From a virus, in the IMG/VR virus record IMGVR_UViG_3300045988_128735: 45,722 nucleotides of DNA; one strand, written 5' to 3'. The position numbers and the translations under genes are program-made. Below, piece by piece: positions 18,401 to 26,752 of the stretch (within the stretch, counting starts at the first letter, position 1; each line of letters opens with the position of its first letter). A model generated the notes under the pieces. That model saw only the letters and a list, made by a program, of their open reading frames with translations. It was not told where the DNA came from and did no database searches.

Positions 18401-19266
18401 GGAGCGATACCGCCCTCAACACCCTTGCTATCAATGAAAGCTTTAAGATTCACTTCGGCAGTGCTCAGACGCTTCTTCATGTCTGCGCCCTCATTGCCCG
18501 GAAACGCAGTGTCTTGTTCATGCCCAAGCTCCAAGTCGGTACCGACAAGAATAAGTTCATCGTCACACCAGACGTAAGAACGCTGTTCGCTCACGTCCAC
18601 ATACATCTTGCCGCTGCGAGGCACACGCCCGGCCTCTGTCGCTTTGCCGAAAGCATCACCGTCACGCCAGTTGTTATAGTAAGAAGTCGTACCTTTATCA
18701 ACCTCAAGAACAAAAACATTCTCGTTAAGGTTGTATACGACCCTACAGTTCTCGTCTGTAGAATAATATATAGAGGACATCTTGAGCGCAGTCACCATGA
18801 CAGTGCCGTAAAACGTCACAGCAGAATTCTTGAGAATCTCTATCTCGTCAGTTAACGTATGTATGCTGTCCTGCAACCCGTCAACGGTCTTCTTCTGAGC
18901 GTTATAGTTATTAGAAATCTCAAGAATAGACTGCGACATTGTATTGAGCGAGCTCGTTATTGAGGACATCTGCGCAGGAGTGATGACACCAGCAGCAGAA
19001 GCGCTGACAACCGGCAAGTTCACATATTGCAGACTCACCTTCTCACCCGCCCGGACGGAAAGCGTCAGTCTGACGCTATTGGCGTCAGCTGTAGGGCTGA
19101 CGTTGATGGCAGTGACCGCCCCCGACGACGAGGTGTTCACCTCACTCACCTTTTCAATAATGTCTTTGAGCATCTGGCCGACAAGCCCTGCCGTGTTGGA
19201 GTCCGGTAGCGTATTGGTGCGGATGGTTTCAGCTTGCGATGTAAGTATGTCGTATGTTTTAGCCAT
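12442..19266 (-). CDS. Giant tail fibre / host-recognition protein (2274 aa)
   Basis: A single uninterrupted ORF. It has beta-rich Ig-like repeats and a LamG/ConA-like stretch ('...MALRIAENVTAKCDF...ALSFTIKPANV...DLYLYQLTAWRTY'). A possible CotH-like stretch ('VDQRSKNMMQTF...NNWYDGDCTMGADND') is also present. The C-terminus carries leucine-rich repeats ('LDTLNLGNMPFLQSLDVRNT...LTSIKADGSRVQSVEV...LKTVKFINLPNLSYTL'). Confidence 0.8.
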   Translation of the reverse strand: MAKTYDILTSQAETIRTNTLPDSNTAGLVGQMLKDIIEKVSEVNTSSSGAVTAINVSPTADANSVRLTLSVRAGEKVSLQYVNLPVVSASAAGVITPAQMSSITSSLNTMSQSILEISNNYNAQKKTVDGLQDSIHTLTDEIEILKNSAVTFYGTVMVTALKMSSIYYSTDENCRVVYNLNENVFVLEVDKGTTSYYNNWRDGDAFGKATEAGRVPRSGKMYVDVSEQRSYVWCDDELILVGTDLELGHEQDTAFPGNEGADMKKRLSTAEVNLKAFIDSKGVEGGIAPLDINGMVPEDYLPDMRTPIDAVQTRLGLVPFVNVSRLVGGNYTLETAIDRIYSTTSIRDLVVPGLMITYRKDSTHWEIKQYTSDSTSEADFRDTEKWQDVGGGGTSSSVFNPTVSYPISGFYALYDPDNAKASAVDVAWGAGKVSFGLLLTIQVSKKIWKTYQYIGTSLTISAWQDPVNWQDFGSLAAGSETYININNLIDGNGKVVYYTLSSAVAALISYQQSTSVNYIKRGLIISFLSEANKTRSFQFHGDNVADASKTDTGATLWREFGKSEDINVSDAPAKDGKDPYSTGGAYTNTPTDIDIVEEDGGVYKFALTNADGDQIGEQRQIVIKGGGGAVQATTVSIALKKSTVYGAVGSTMTIEAAIMSVTSTPSGDSLNSITRVDLVDRSTNAVLQTLNVNTESSANLTDDFKFKIDISEYFATTAGSRSFRIVAYDDGDHSGNKNVSAVGVDATVVSQQTLNYTSSTVLKVNGAAVSVPLYSFPNNASSKGIKATVEMYYSGAWHTIDETVVTDVFTHAVNFDPKALGLTHGSYPLRLHGVDVASGVSGNWLYSGIMVVNEADDTPLVVMRWSDDGTQTRKLFQTVSVDVAAYTSGKTKTAVDVMMQVGENAATVIAQQQMSRDRTYTVTKRLSGMSVGSQLKFYAMSGDVRSAAYDITVAGSIIPIETTAGAIFDLDMSSRSNSDSDKTISDNGVNIEVSGANYTTNGFVRDNYGSDDYGQTDANGNPLGRMALRIAENVTAKCDFKPWSNASTETTGMALSFTIKPANVADSTARLIDALGDGQIGFYVTGDKVVFTCDGEQSTMYTATMPLKAEKVTRVDIVIEPSAVAPYQGIGVVKIFGDGEERAACAYSKNALPMNDNIIRFDGTLADLYLYQLTAWRTYYQFRQAFNNYLAAMPDTDAMVKEYEANDVMASQTAENTTKDRPTIEACKKAGLCVMVMVKNKNTADTEDQYPGYLDTLDGDKKTKRIFDVYLYFPDRPWQDCFIEGMVFTNQGTTSSLRPDKNKKGKTKTAKITLLHSREEFSGADLAKYDEALANAKKGKIKVVENGVATDILTVKVDYSDCTGANNGASCELNNRLIRALGAEYMQPSQNAYTGKAEINPSIASVPCAFFRTDKYSPDATNPAYAYFHVKANLNEDKGDAKVFGFEGVDGYNKSCMNYGDFTELVAARGQDFGEFKAQTLADTSKLQAGEIYMLSEFCGPKTAFIENDGTGHFVETSEVADALVLEQTLAELLSADVADYDWSEVYKTADGKYAKYEGGKWRETTGSMTYDKTTKRWQVTGRVLNPTQCYEHLKYNGLNWYQGVNSVDDMLRLDPATGKPIWLSHFESRYPDDDDLNALYESGKKVPYYFYENLMWMQQCNPHLTEADGNITLDGKTVPGTRANRAKKFAHEMHRYWRVKAALYYYILTDYVAAVDQRSKNMMQTFMLCEDGVIRSDFNNWYDGDCTMGADNDCGLTISALLNPLLVGEGEEGRLYQGWDSVFFQRLNENPVIWLDDYKEGDEKSGYTDKSRFVTLHDVADEMRKAVDKQGLKVFSYDGLYQIWMTKRILKWAKVISSFDGERKYIQHSKASANYFFALHGLRLDDMPEYIKTRFAYRDGYYQVGDLYTKPMKMRASGKAITVSITAAKDGFFGIGEDRADTAADSTYLKRGKSYTFFNDSPRSYSESGTMLYVFGAASLASLDISAATPKSQGWDIQYCKLLQHLVVGGADYVPYTVDGTLDTLNLGNMPFLQSLDVRNTLVASVDASMCPRLTSIKADGSRVQSVEVAETSPITELTLPATLKTVKFINLPNLSYTLTGGNLQIASLANVQTLRIEHCNEIEPLTMLQRVVDAQTGNRQLTAIRVIQTLSGDGSLLALLLTLGVRGITEDGKLQDKPVVESDYQLTRVREQSYIDDLTQHIEGLTIVMSIMAYINAVIDFLGEQYSGEAEVEDVSLDNINDYLKQYNGETYDDYYNRLAEADDDILKIIDK

Positions 19267-19777
19267 TATTAATTGATTTGAAATTGTTTAAACTATCGTT
19301 GATGCAGCCAGACAAAGGCACAGAGAACTCAGCCAGACAGCCGTACAGTGCGTTCTCAGCGTTCTGTATAGGCAGAACCTTAATCGGCGATGAAGGAATG
19401 AGCGAGAGCAGCCACTTGTGCTCAGGCTTACGTCCCACACGGTCATGCATCATACGTACAAAGATATCAGTAATAATCTGTGAAGAATCGGACAATGCCC
19501 GCTCCACCTCAGCATAATCGCCTGTATCGGTGACGTGGACAAGCACCTCGATATGGCACGTATAGTTGCGCGACACAGATGTTGACGATGCCTCAATCTG
19601 GAAGTCAGTCGACTCGAAGTACACAGCCGGGTAGCGAAGCTCTTGTGCCAGCGACGTGTTGCGCTTGTCATCGTTGAGATTGACAAAGTGAGGACTCTCG
19701 TCAGTATGTCGTACCATCATGTGCTCACGTGCAAGCTGTTCGATGTAGTCTATAACGGTTTGTATTGTCATAAGCAT
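19259..19777 (-). CDS. Hypothetical structural protein (172 aa)
   Basis: ORF whose stop overlaps the fibre start by 8 nt. Part of the late-operon packing. Confidence 0.5.
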   Translation of the reverse strand: MLMTIQTVIDYIEQLAREHMMVRHTDESPHFVNLNDDKRNTSLAQELRYPAVYFESTDFQIEASSTSVSRNYTCHIEVLVHVTDTGDYAEVERALSDSSQIITDIFVRMMHDRVGRKPEHKWLLSLIPSSPIKVLPIQNAENALYGCLAEFSVPLSGCINDSLNNFKSINNG

Positions 19778-19783
19778 TTGATG

Positions 19784-20557
19784 TTATTGAGGTTGTCTTG
19801 ATTGTTTGATGCGACGGTTCATCAGACGGAAAGCGTCAAGTGCGGACATACGCTTGTAGCGCTCGATGAATGCCACGTCGTCACCCATGAAAGCGTCGAA
19901 GATGGCAAGCCAGTCCGTAGGAGTAGGCTTCTTGCGCTTCTGCATCTTGGATTTGAACGCCACCGCCTCTTCCTCATCCTCCTCGTCAGATTGAGGAGGA
20001 AAGAGGTACGGATAAGAACGTGAGAGCCATCGTCGGAGAAGGATGAAGTTGAGGAAAACAGCCTGACGCACCTTCTCAGGCAGCTGCTCCACGGCACTAA
20101 CCTTAGCGTCGATATCATCGTCACGCTTATGACGGGCATGATAAAGCGAGGCTATGAAGACCGTGAGGTGGTCGCCGTCCTGACTGATGGAGTAACGCTG
20201 AAAGTGCGTGTCCGCCATCATGAACTGCTCAAGTGTGCATCCACCAAGACGCGGACCGGGCGCAAAGTAGCCGGTGTCCGGCAGAACCGTTATCTTGAAG
20301 TTGTCTACCGAGTCATCAAGCCGTTGCATCCATGTTGTGAGCTGCGTCAGGCAGTATGACAGATAGTCACCGAGAGCGTACACCACATGCATCGGCACGC
20401 CATAGTACTTGGCAAGCAGTTCGTCACGCGGCAAGCCACCCGTCCAGAGCATAGCGGCGAGCATCATGCCGTCAGCGTCCAGCTCGTCCCACTCGGTCGG
20501 GATGTCACGCTCATACACCTTGCTGCCATGAGTAATCTTGATATGCTTCATAATCAC
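19784..20557 (-). CDS. Hypothetical structural protein (257 aa)
   Basis: ORF with a 4-nt overlap with the upstream gene and an acidic 'SDEEDEEE' linker. Confidence 0.5.
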   Translation of the reverse strand: MIMKHIKITHGSKVYERDIPTEWDELDADGMMLAAMLWTGGLPRDELLAKYYGVPMHVVYALGDYLSYCLTQLTTWMQRLDDSVDNFKITVLPDTGYFAPGPRLGGCTLEQFMMADTHFQRYSISQDGDHLTVFIASLYHARHKRDDDIDAKVSAVEQLPEKVRQAVFLNFILLRRWLSRSYPYLFPPQSDEEDEEEAVAFKSKMQKRKKPTPTDWLAIFDAFMGDDVAFIERYKRMSALDAFRLMNRRIKQSRQPQ

Positions 20558-21555
20558 ATAGCAAAGAAAGCGGCGTGATCGTCGTTGTTGCGAATAGGAC
20601 CTACAGTCCGTTCGCCGACAATAGCGCCCATATAATTATTGAGAAAACAGCGCAGAGACGCCTCGGCTCTGTGAGCGTCGAGGTCAGCAAGCGCACAGCG
20701 GTCGCCTATCTGTCGGTCAGTCGCAGGCTTCTCGGTGTCGTTGCCCAAAGACCCCGATTCGGTGGAACCAAAGTACAGACCACGCTCCGTGAGCGAGCCC
20801 GTCTGTCTCATCAGCCTCGAAGCAGCCTTCTTAACCACAAAATCAGCACATGCCAGACGCAGCTGCTCAAGCGTACAGATACACTCGTCAGCAGGGAAAT
20901 CAGTCTTGCCAGACAGCCACGCCCGCAGCAGTCTGTAAAGCTTCTCGCCAAGAACCGCACAAAGATCATACTCCTCTACCGTGCGGAACTCGCCCTTGAG
21001 ACGCATAAAGACGATATGCGACGAGTTGATAAAGACAAACTGGTTAGCCTCACGTGCCGAACGGACGATGGCACGGCTGCGGTCTTGATAGCACGGCGAC
21101 GTCAGATAGTCAGGATAAGCCTCAATGTGCTCCTCGATGAAGTCGAGCAGCTGGTCGAGCGCATTGAAACCGGCATTCTGGAAGCTCTTGCGAAGCCTGT
21201 CCTCCTGATACTTGTAAGCGCCCTGCCAGTCAGCCGAGCCTTGGCGCTGGAAGCCCTGGTCAGAAATACGCAGATTAAGCGCATCGAAGTGTAGCCAGAA
21301 CGCAAGATTAGCCACAGCACGACGGGCTGTCTGCGTCAGCTGAGAAGCAAGCTTGTCATCCTCAGGAGGATTGTCAGCCAGTTGCTGAAGACGCTGCATC
21401 ATCTGCTCGCCGAGCAAAGGCAGCAGGAACTGTTGTTCGACGGACTCAAGAGGTGCTTGCATTTTGGCAAACGAGAGCGAAGATGAGACGGGCACAAATG
21501 GCGACATCTGACGGCCATTGTCCCATTTAGACTGTGAAAATAGCATAAGCATCAA
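20554..21555 (-). CDS. Hypothetical structural protein (333 aa)
   Basis: ORF tightly packed after the putative portal gene. No recognisable motif. Confidence 0.5.
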   Translation of the reverse strand: MMLMLFSQSKWDNGRQMSPFVPVSSSLSFAKMQAPLESVEQQFLLPLLGEQMMQRLQQLADNPPEDDKLASQLTQTARRAVANLAFWLHFDALNLRISDQGFQRQGSADWQGAYKYQEDRLRKSFQNAGFNALDQLLDFIEEHIEAYPDYLTSPCYQDRSRAIVRSAREANQFVFINSSHIVFMRLKGEFRTVEEYDLCAVLGEKLYRLLRAWLSGKTDFPADECICTLEQLRLACADFVVKKAASRLMRQTGSLTERGLYFGSTESGSLGNDTEKPATDRQIGDRCALADLDAHRAEASLRCFLNNYMGAIVGERTVGPIRNNDDHAAFFAM

Positions 21556-21558
21556 GAT

Positions 21559-22917
21559 TTAAGACAGCTGGTGCGACGTGCCCGCACCAGTGTCGAGGGT
21601 GGTAAGTATGGTATTGCGGAAACGCAGCTGCAGATCTTCTGGAGCACCGTTGAGCTGCATGTATAGTTGCAAGGGGTCAAGGATATTCTGACGGTCAATC
21701 CACGAGTTGGCGATGTTGACGAGGAACGCCTCACGAATATTGGAGCCGCCTTGGTTGCCGGCATAGCTGCCACCCGGCATACCAGCTCCGAGCACGTTAG
21801 GGTTAACCATAAGCGAGAAGAGAATCTCGGAGTTGGCAGCAGCCGACGTAACGAGATTCTCCTGCCCGGCTGAATATTTGTTTGAGAGCGGAGTAATCTT
21901 CCACTCCTCCTCGATGCGACCATTCATCTCGTTCACTGCGTAGTTCGTAAAGATAGGCTTCTCGGCATTCTCAGCACCAAGAAGGTTCTTCTCTATGCTC
22001 GACATATATTTGTCGATGGCTTGTCGACGCAACTCAACATCCTCGAATTCGGTAGTAGGGAACTTCTTATCCCAAAACGAGTAAGGAATCTGCACATGCC
22101 ACTTCCAAGTCGTCTGGTTCTTGTACGCCTTTTTCAAATACTGCGGCACCATGTGAGCGATGTCCACCCACCCTGCCACGTATGCCGGCCACCATATCGG
22201 CTCACCGTAGATATCGTCGTTGCTCCAGGAGTCGCGCACGGGATAAACAAAGCCACCCTTCATCTTGCCCATAAAGCGCAGCAGCTCGGCATGATTCTCA
22301 GGCGAATAGTCAGAGAGCAGCGGCAATATTGAGTAGCTGCTCGGCGACAAGTCCCACGAACCGCTCACCACGCAGTTTTGCGAGCCGAGTGTGTCAAGAG
22401 GCTCGGTGAATCGGAAGTAGTGGCTGTTGATGGTGTTCAGGCCGATAATCTTGTCACCCGCAGCGTTAGGAACAAATTGCACCGCCGACAAGCCCACCTT
22501 GAGGAAGTCGCGCATCGTCTTCTCCATGTACCGGCGTACAAGACGCGAACCGACGAAGCGCTGCATAGCTTGGTCGTCAGCAGGTTCAAGTATCTCGTCG
22601 CCCTTGTCATTGTAGCCCTTAACACGACACACGAAAATGCCCTGACCCATGGTGAGGTTGCGTAGAAACCGCAGACCCGTATTGAGGACGGTAGTATTGC
22701 GCACTATTTCTGAGGCATGACACGGAAACAAGTTGTCTTTGCCCCATGCCAACACACGCTGCCCTGCCACCTCGATGAAATCATGACGAGTGTCGTCGTA
22801 AGGAAAGAGCACGCGTCGTCGCTCGTCGGAAGCCTGCTTGTCAAGCTTTGTGTCGTAGAAAGCGATGTCTGAATGCATCATGAGGGGCACACCCTCTTTG
22901 TTATATAGAATATCCAT
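21559..22917 (-). CDS. Putative portal protein (452 aa)
   Basis: The size fits, and no other portal candidate exists in a genome that has a terminase, protease and capsid protein. There is no motif-level proof. Confidence 0.4.
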   Translation of the reverse strand: MDILYNKEGVPLMMHSDIAFYDTKLDKQASDERRRVLFPYDDTRHDFIEVAGQRVLAWGKDNLFPCHASEIVRNTTVLNTGLRFLRNLTMGQGIFVCRVKGYNDKGDEILEPADDQAMQRFVGSRLVRRYMEKTMRDFLKVGLSAVQFVPNAAGDKIIGLNTINSHYFRFTEPLDTLGSQNCVVSGSWDLSPSSYSILPLLSDYSPENHAELLRFMGKMKGGFVYPVRDSWSNDDIYGEPIWWPAYVAGWVDIAHMVPQYLKKAYKNQTTWKWHVQIPYSFWDKKFPTTEFEDVELRRQAIDKYMSSIEKNLLGAENAEKPIFTNYAVNEMNGRIEEEWKITPLSNKYSAGQENLVTSAAANSEILFSLMVNPNVLGAGMPGGSYAGNQGGSNIREAFLVNIANSWIDRQNILDPLQLYMQLNGAPEDLQLRFRNTILTTLDTGAGTSHQLS

Positions 22918-23209
22918 TGCTCCAGTCTATGATATGAGAGTTGTATTCGATGATATTGGTAATCTTCACCGGAATGACGTGCAGTTCGGGATTGCCCTTG
23001 CAGTCGCACGGCTGAATGCCTCGAAAGCGCAGTCGCTTCATGTCCATGCCCTTGCATCCGGTAACGTATGCCGTAGGTATGAAGTGCAGCCGTCCGTCTT
23101 TGGTGGTGAATTTAATTGAAAAGATGCGCCTCTTGCCGAAGCGGTCGGTGCGTATGTCGAGATCTGCGAGCATAGTGCTCGCGTACATAGTTTTTTTAGT
23201 GTCTTCCAT
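22901..23209 (-). CDS. Hypothetical protein (102 aa)
   Basis: ORF overlapping the start of the next gene by 17 nt. Confidence 0.45.
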   Translation of the reverse strand: MEDTKKTMYASTMLADLDIRTDRFGKRRIFSIKFTTKDGRLHFIPTAYVTGCKGMDMKRLRFRGIQPCDCKGNPELHVIPVKITNIIEYNSHIIDWSNGYSI

Positions 23210-23212
23210 ATA

Positions 23213-24316
23213 TTATGCGAATGTTTTGTCGAATGGTGGATGAGCGAAGACGGACGCCTTGCCGGTATCGGGAACAATGAACGGCTGTCGCATAAGTCTC
23301 TCGTCGGCATAGCGCCATGTAAATGACACAGACTGCGGTTCGTTGGACGGGCGTGAAACGGAGGTGTCTACATCAGTAATGGTGATGCGCCTAAGTTCGC
23401 CGTCGGCATAGACGAAGACGTAAGGCGACGACATGAGGTCGTAGATGGCCCGACGCTCCTCGGCGGAACGCCAGCCAGAATGCGACTTATGGCTCTCGGT
23501 GAGCTGAGAATCGAGACGTATATAATCTCTACCGGCATACCCGAAGTCACTGTCAAGCTCCTGTTCTTCGACATCCTTGCCCGAGAACGTGACAACCTCC
23601 GGAACACCGAAGAGATTAAGATAAACGAAATGCGTTGCCATAGACGGGCGTGTCTTGCGGTCTATATCGAAGCGGATGCAGTCTGCTTGCTTGTCAGAAT
23701 GCAGTAATGTCAGAACGCAGTAAAGCAGAGAAGACCCGTCAGGAGCCGTTGTAACATGTTTAATTTCAGAGGTATCGGCGAGGAATGTAAAGTAATCATT
23801 TGAGCAGTCTGGCTTTATGACAGCCTCACGCCAAGACAGTCCGGAATTGTCGGCGAGCCGATAGGCTGCGCCGACGATGAGCTTCAGCCCCGACTGACCA
23901 GCAGTAAGAATGTTGACTGGCTGTGGCTGTCCGTCAATCAACGAGCGCCGTCGCATCTGCGTGGCAAAAATCGGCTGCAGGGCTGTAAATTGTCGGCTCA
24001 TATACAGTGCGCGAGTAGTGGCAGTAACACCACCTTTGACAGCGACTCTCAGCGTACATGACGCCGAACGTGCGCCAGCCTTGAGCATTGTGTCAGTATC
24101 GAAGGATGCGAGAATGGCAGCATTGACGAGTTCAGAAAGCTCGGCAATGTTGACGTAGCCTTGTTTGTTTGGGGAATAGCTTGACGAATTGTCGAAGAGG
24201 GTGATGCCGGAACCGTCGCTGACGGTAGTGTTAACAACAATATCACCCTCAGCCACAATACTGATATTGTCGGCTGAGGGTGAGAATATGATTGAGGGCA
24301 AAGATGAGATTTGCAT
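23213..24316 (-). CDS. Hypothetical structural protein (367 aa)
   Basis: ORF only, within the late operon. Confidence 0.5.
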   Translation of the reverse strand: MQISSLPSIIFSPSADNISIVAEGDIVVNTTVSDGSGITLFDNSSSYSPNKQGYVNIAELSELVNAAILASFDTDTMLKAGARSASCTLRVAVKGGVTATTRALYMSRQFTALQPIFATQMRRRSLIDGQPQPVNILTAGQSGLKLIVGAAYRLADNSGLSWREAVIKPDCSNDYFTFLADTSEIKHVTTAPDGSSLLYCVLTLLHSDKQADCIRFDIDRKTRPSMATHFVYLNLFGVPEVVTFSGKDVEEQELDSDFGYAGRDYIRLDSQLTESHKSHSGWRSAEERRAIYDLMSSPYVFVYADGELRRITITDVDTSVSRPSNEPQSVSFTWRYADERLMRQPFIVPDTGKASVFAHPPFDKTFA

Positions 24317-24328
24317 AAAGATAATATT

Positions 24329-24877
24329 TTACCAGACAATGAGTTGATATCCCACACCAGCAACAGGGGCACGAACCGAAAAGTTGTAGCCTGCATACAT
24401 CGTCCAACGCCGATACCGGTAACCGGCCATTAGCGATGTGTTATGCAGCCCCCAAGTGGATAGCAGGTCTACGGAGTGAGTCGTCGCGAGTCTGTTTGGT
24501 TTGAACGTGAGACTGACTTTTCGACCTGCTATCACATTTTGATACACCGTGTCGCTGATAATAGCGACAGCGCTGCCACCGAGCTTGCCCGGTGCCGAGG
24601 CCCGCAGCGTGTCGCGGTATACGTGACGCGAGAAATATTCTTCAATTATGGCATTTGTGTCAACGCAAGCCGGCACCTCTACAAGCGACGTCTTTGCTGG
24701 TTGCGGAGTATATATTGTGTCCACTGTTGTCTGTACAGACGGCAGCGGATCGTAAGGATCTGTCTTCGGATGCCTCTCAGCCGGAGCCTTCACCGCGGTA
24801 CACCTACCGACGGTGAAGGCAAGAGCCAGAGTACCTAAAAACGTAATTGTGACAAAGAACCACTTAATGTTAATCAT
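24329..24877 (-). CDS. Hypothetical envelope protein with an N-terminal signal or TM segment and a beta-rich C-terminus
   Basis: 'WFFVTITFLGTLALAFTVGRC' is followed by alternating beta-strand-like sequence that ends in an aromatic residue ('...GVGYQLIVW'), as in small outer-membrane beta-barrels. It lies directly downstream of the holin-like gene. Confidence 0.4.
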   Translation of the reverse strand: MINIKWFFVTITFLGTLALAFTVGRCTAVKAPAERHPKTDPYDPLPSVQTTVDTIYTPQPAKTSLVEVPACVDTNAIIEEYFSRHVYRDTLRASAPGKLGGSAVAIISDTVYQNVIAGRKVSLTFKPNRLATTHSVDLLSTWGLHNTSLMAGYRYRRWTMYAGYNFSVRAPVAGVGYQLIVW

Positions 24878-24965
24878 GATGGTTAAGGATAATCATTTGA
24901 CCTTTAAAAAACCTAACTCAATTATAGTTCACAAACTGCTATTACATATATTTTCTGCCTATTGA

Positions 24966-25502
24966 TTATTTGAAGCCCTTGGCGATGCGGTCAACGGCTG
25001 TCAACATAGTCTGCTTCACCATGCTGATGTAGAAGCTCTTGTCTTTGCCGTCGATGCAAGCCATATTCTCGAGGATGCTCGTAGTATTCTCCACGACGAA
25101 CGCCACCATCAGAATGACGGTCAGCACATCGAAGAACCATGCACCCACAAGCCACGTCAGAGAGTTGGCGTCATACTGAGCAGCAAACCACTTGAACATC
25201 TGACAAGACACGAAGAGCATAAACCAAATGCACAGCTTGAGGACAAACCTCGAAAACTTTGCACTCTCGAAAGGCTCGTTGCGTTTATGACTCGCCACCA
25301 CACCAGAGACCAGCTCTATGGCCATAACGAAGATCATAGCGATGGCAAGAACGGGCCAGATGCCAAGCACAGAGCAAAGCAGACCCCAGATAGACGACAG
25401 CGCAATGCTATGCCCCGTACCCAAATACTTGGTTGTAGGGAACACGCTCTGCATGAGAGCCGAGAAGCTGCCGTAGCCGTATGATAACAAAAACCTATTC
25501 AT
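24966..25502 (-). CDS. Holin-like membrane protein (178 aa, multiple TM helices)
   Basis: At least four hydrophobic helices. 'AIELVSGVVASHKRNEPFESAKFSRFVLKL' resembles the phage holin family 4 (toxin secretion / lysis holin) core. Confidence 0.55.
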   Translation of the reverse strand: MNRFLLSYGYGSFSALMQSVFPTTKYLGTGHSIALSSIWGLLCSVLGIWPVLAIAMIFVMAIELVSGVVASHKRNEPFESAKFSRFVLKLCIWFMLFVSCQMFKWFAAQYDANSLTWLVGAWFFDVLTVILMVAFVVENTTSILENMACIDGKDKSFYISMVKQTMLTAVDRIAKGFK

Positions 25503-25529
25503 AACATAAAAAAACTGAGATTATGCTTG

Positions 25530-25537
25530 CAAAGGTA
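25530..25537 (-). promoter_or_regulatory. Candidate -7 box (TACCTTTG) upstream of the holin-like gene
   Basis: Plus-strand 'caaaggta', 28 nt upstream of the ATG at 25502. Confidence 0.5.
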
Positions 25538-25627
25538 AATCATATATATAATATAAGGTAGGACAAAAAACGGCGCACCCTATTCACATAGAGCACGCCG
25601 CCAACTTCAAAAATTATTTGTTCGTCC

Positions 25628-25921
25628 TTATATGTCTATTTCGTCACGTTCGTACATCACCCAGAGCGGTTCGCCATCAACGTACACCGTACGGAACCCC
25701 AACTCCGACATATACTTGTTTACCTCAAGCACCGTCAAAGGGTAAGTGTGACGCAGCGAGTAGGCTATCTCGCGTGATGAGCGCAGCATGATGTTCTGCC
25801 TCTCACCGACCGTGTCATAATTTGACGTGATGAGACGCTTGAAGAACAGACCGCCGTCATCCTTCTTCTTGTCATCCTCACCCTCTTTGTTCTCACTCTG
25901 TTGAAAGAAACCTATTCCCAT
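25628..25921 (-). CDS. Hypothetical protein (97 aa)
   Basis: ORF in a chain of start/stop-overlapping small genes. Confidence 0.5.
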   Translation of the reverse strand: MGIGFFQQSENKEGEDDKKKDDGGLFFKRLITSNYDTVGERQNIMLRSSREIAYSLRHTYPLTVLEVNKYMSELGFRTVYVDGEPLWVMYERDEIDI

Positions 25922-26223
25922 TGCAGCCTCCTTTCCGGTTTAAGATGCTCCGGACAATTGCGGTTAAGGTCACGAAGAAAAGCTATGACCGCACGTATAG
26001 TGTCCAGATCGGCGAAATACTCCTTATACTCCTGCAGCTCACAGTCTATCATGGAGCTGTCTTGCGTCTTGGCAAGCAGATGCTCACGGCTGTTAAGCAG
26101 CAGATCTATCAAATAAGCCACATCCCCCTGCTCAATCTGTTTGTCAAGCTTGCGTACTATGTTGTCTGTTGCAAAGCGGCAGCGCTCCGGCTGCTGTTGC
26201 TGTTGGTTGTTGTTATTGCTCAT
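25912..26223 (-). CDS. Hypothetical protein (103 aa) with an N-terminal N/Q run
   Basis: ORF starting 'MSNNNNQQQQQ', with a 4-nt overlap with the upstream gene. Confidence 0.5.
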   Translation of the reverse strand: MSNNNNQQQQQPERCRFATDNIVRKLDKQIEQGDVAYLIDLLLNSREHLLAKTQDSSMIDCELQEYKEYFADLDTIRAVIAFLRDLNRNCPEHLKPERRLQWE

Positions 26224-26429
26224 ACCTTACCTCCTTTGTTAAGCATCAGACCCATACAAGCAATACCATATAATATAGAGAGTTGGTGACCAAGTTTTGC
26301 GCGTCGGCGATAGCTCATGCCTTTAATATGATCTCTTGGTGTCACCTTACACTCGACTTTACACTCATACTTTCTCTCAGCCATCTTCTTATACATGCGA
26401 TATACACGATGTATGCCATGCCTTTTCAT
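26220..26429 (-). CDS. Hypothetical basic protein (69 aa)
   Basis: ORF, translationally coupled through 4-nt overlaps on both sides. Confidence 0.45.
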   Translation of the reverse strand: MKRHGIHRVYRMYKKMAERKYECKVECKVTPRDHIKGMSYRRRAKLGHQLSILYGIACMGLMLNKGGKV

Positions 26430-26749
26430 GCTTCGCCTCCTTCCTCTGCTTCGAGGTTGTCGTCGTACTTCATCCAGTTGTGACGGTCCTCTTTGTTAAG
26501 TTTATAGACATTGTGACAGGCAATGGCGAGGCAGAGAGCGGCGCCAAGGATGGTGCTCTCGGCTATGGCAGCGCCGAGGATGAGAGTGATGAACACGAGG
26601 TGAACGCGGAGCGCTTCGCGGCGTGTGACCTCGAAACCTGCGATACGTGACATGGATGTGCTCTTTGCGTTGAGCCACGCCCTGACGGGCGCTGTACTGA
26701 TGGTCAACGGGCGCAACTGAGCTGTGCGCTGGATTGATGCTGTTTGCAT
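26426..26749 (-). CDS. Hypothetical membrane protein (107 aa)
   Basis: Hydrophobic segment 'LVFITLILGAAIAESTILGAALCLAIA'. It is the first gene behind a structured leader. Confidence 0.5.
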   Translation of the reverse strand: MQTASIQRTAQLRPLTISTAPVRAWLNAKSTSMSRIAGFEVTRREALRVHLVFITLILGAAIAESTILGAALCLAIACHNVYKLNKEDRHNWMKYDDNLEAEEGGEA

Positions 26750-26752
26750 ATT

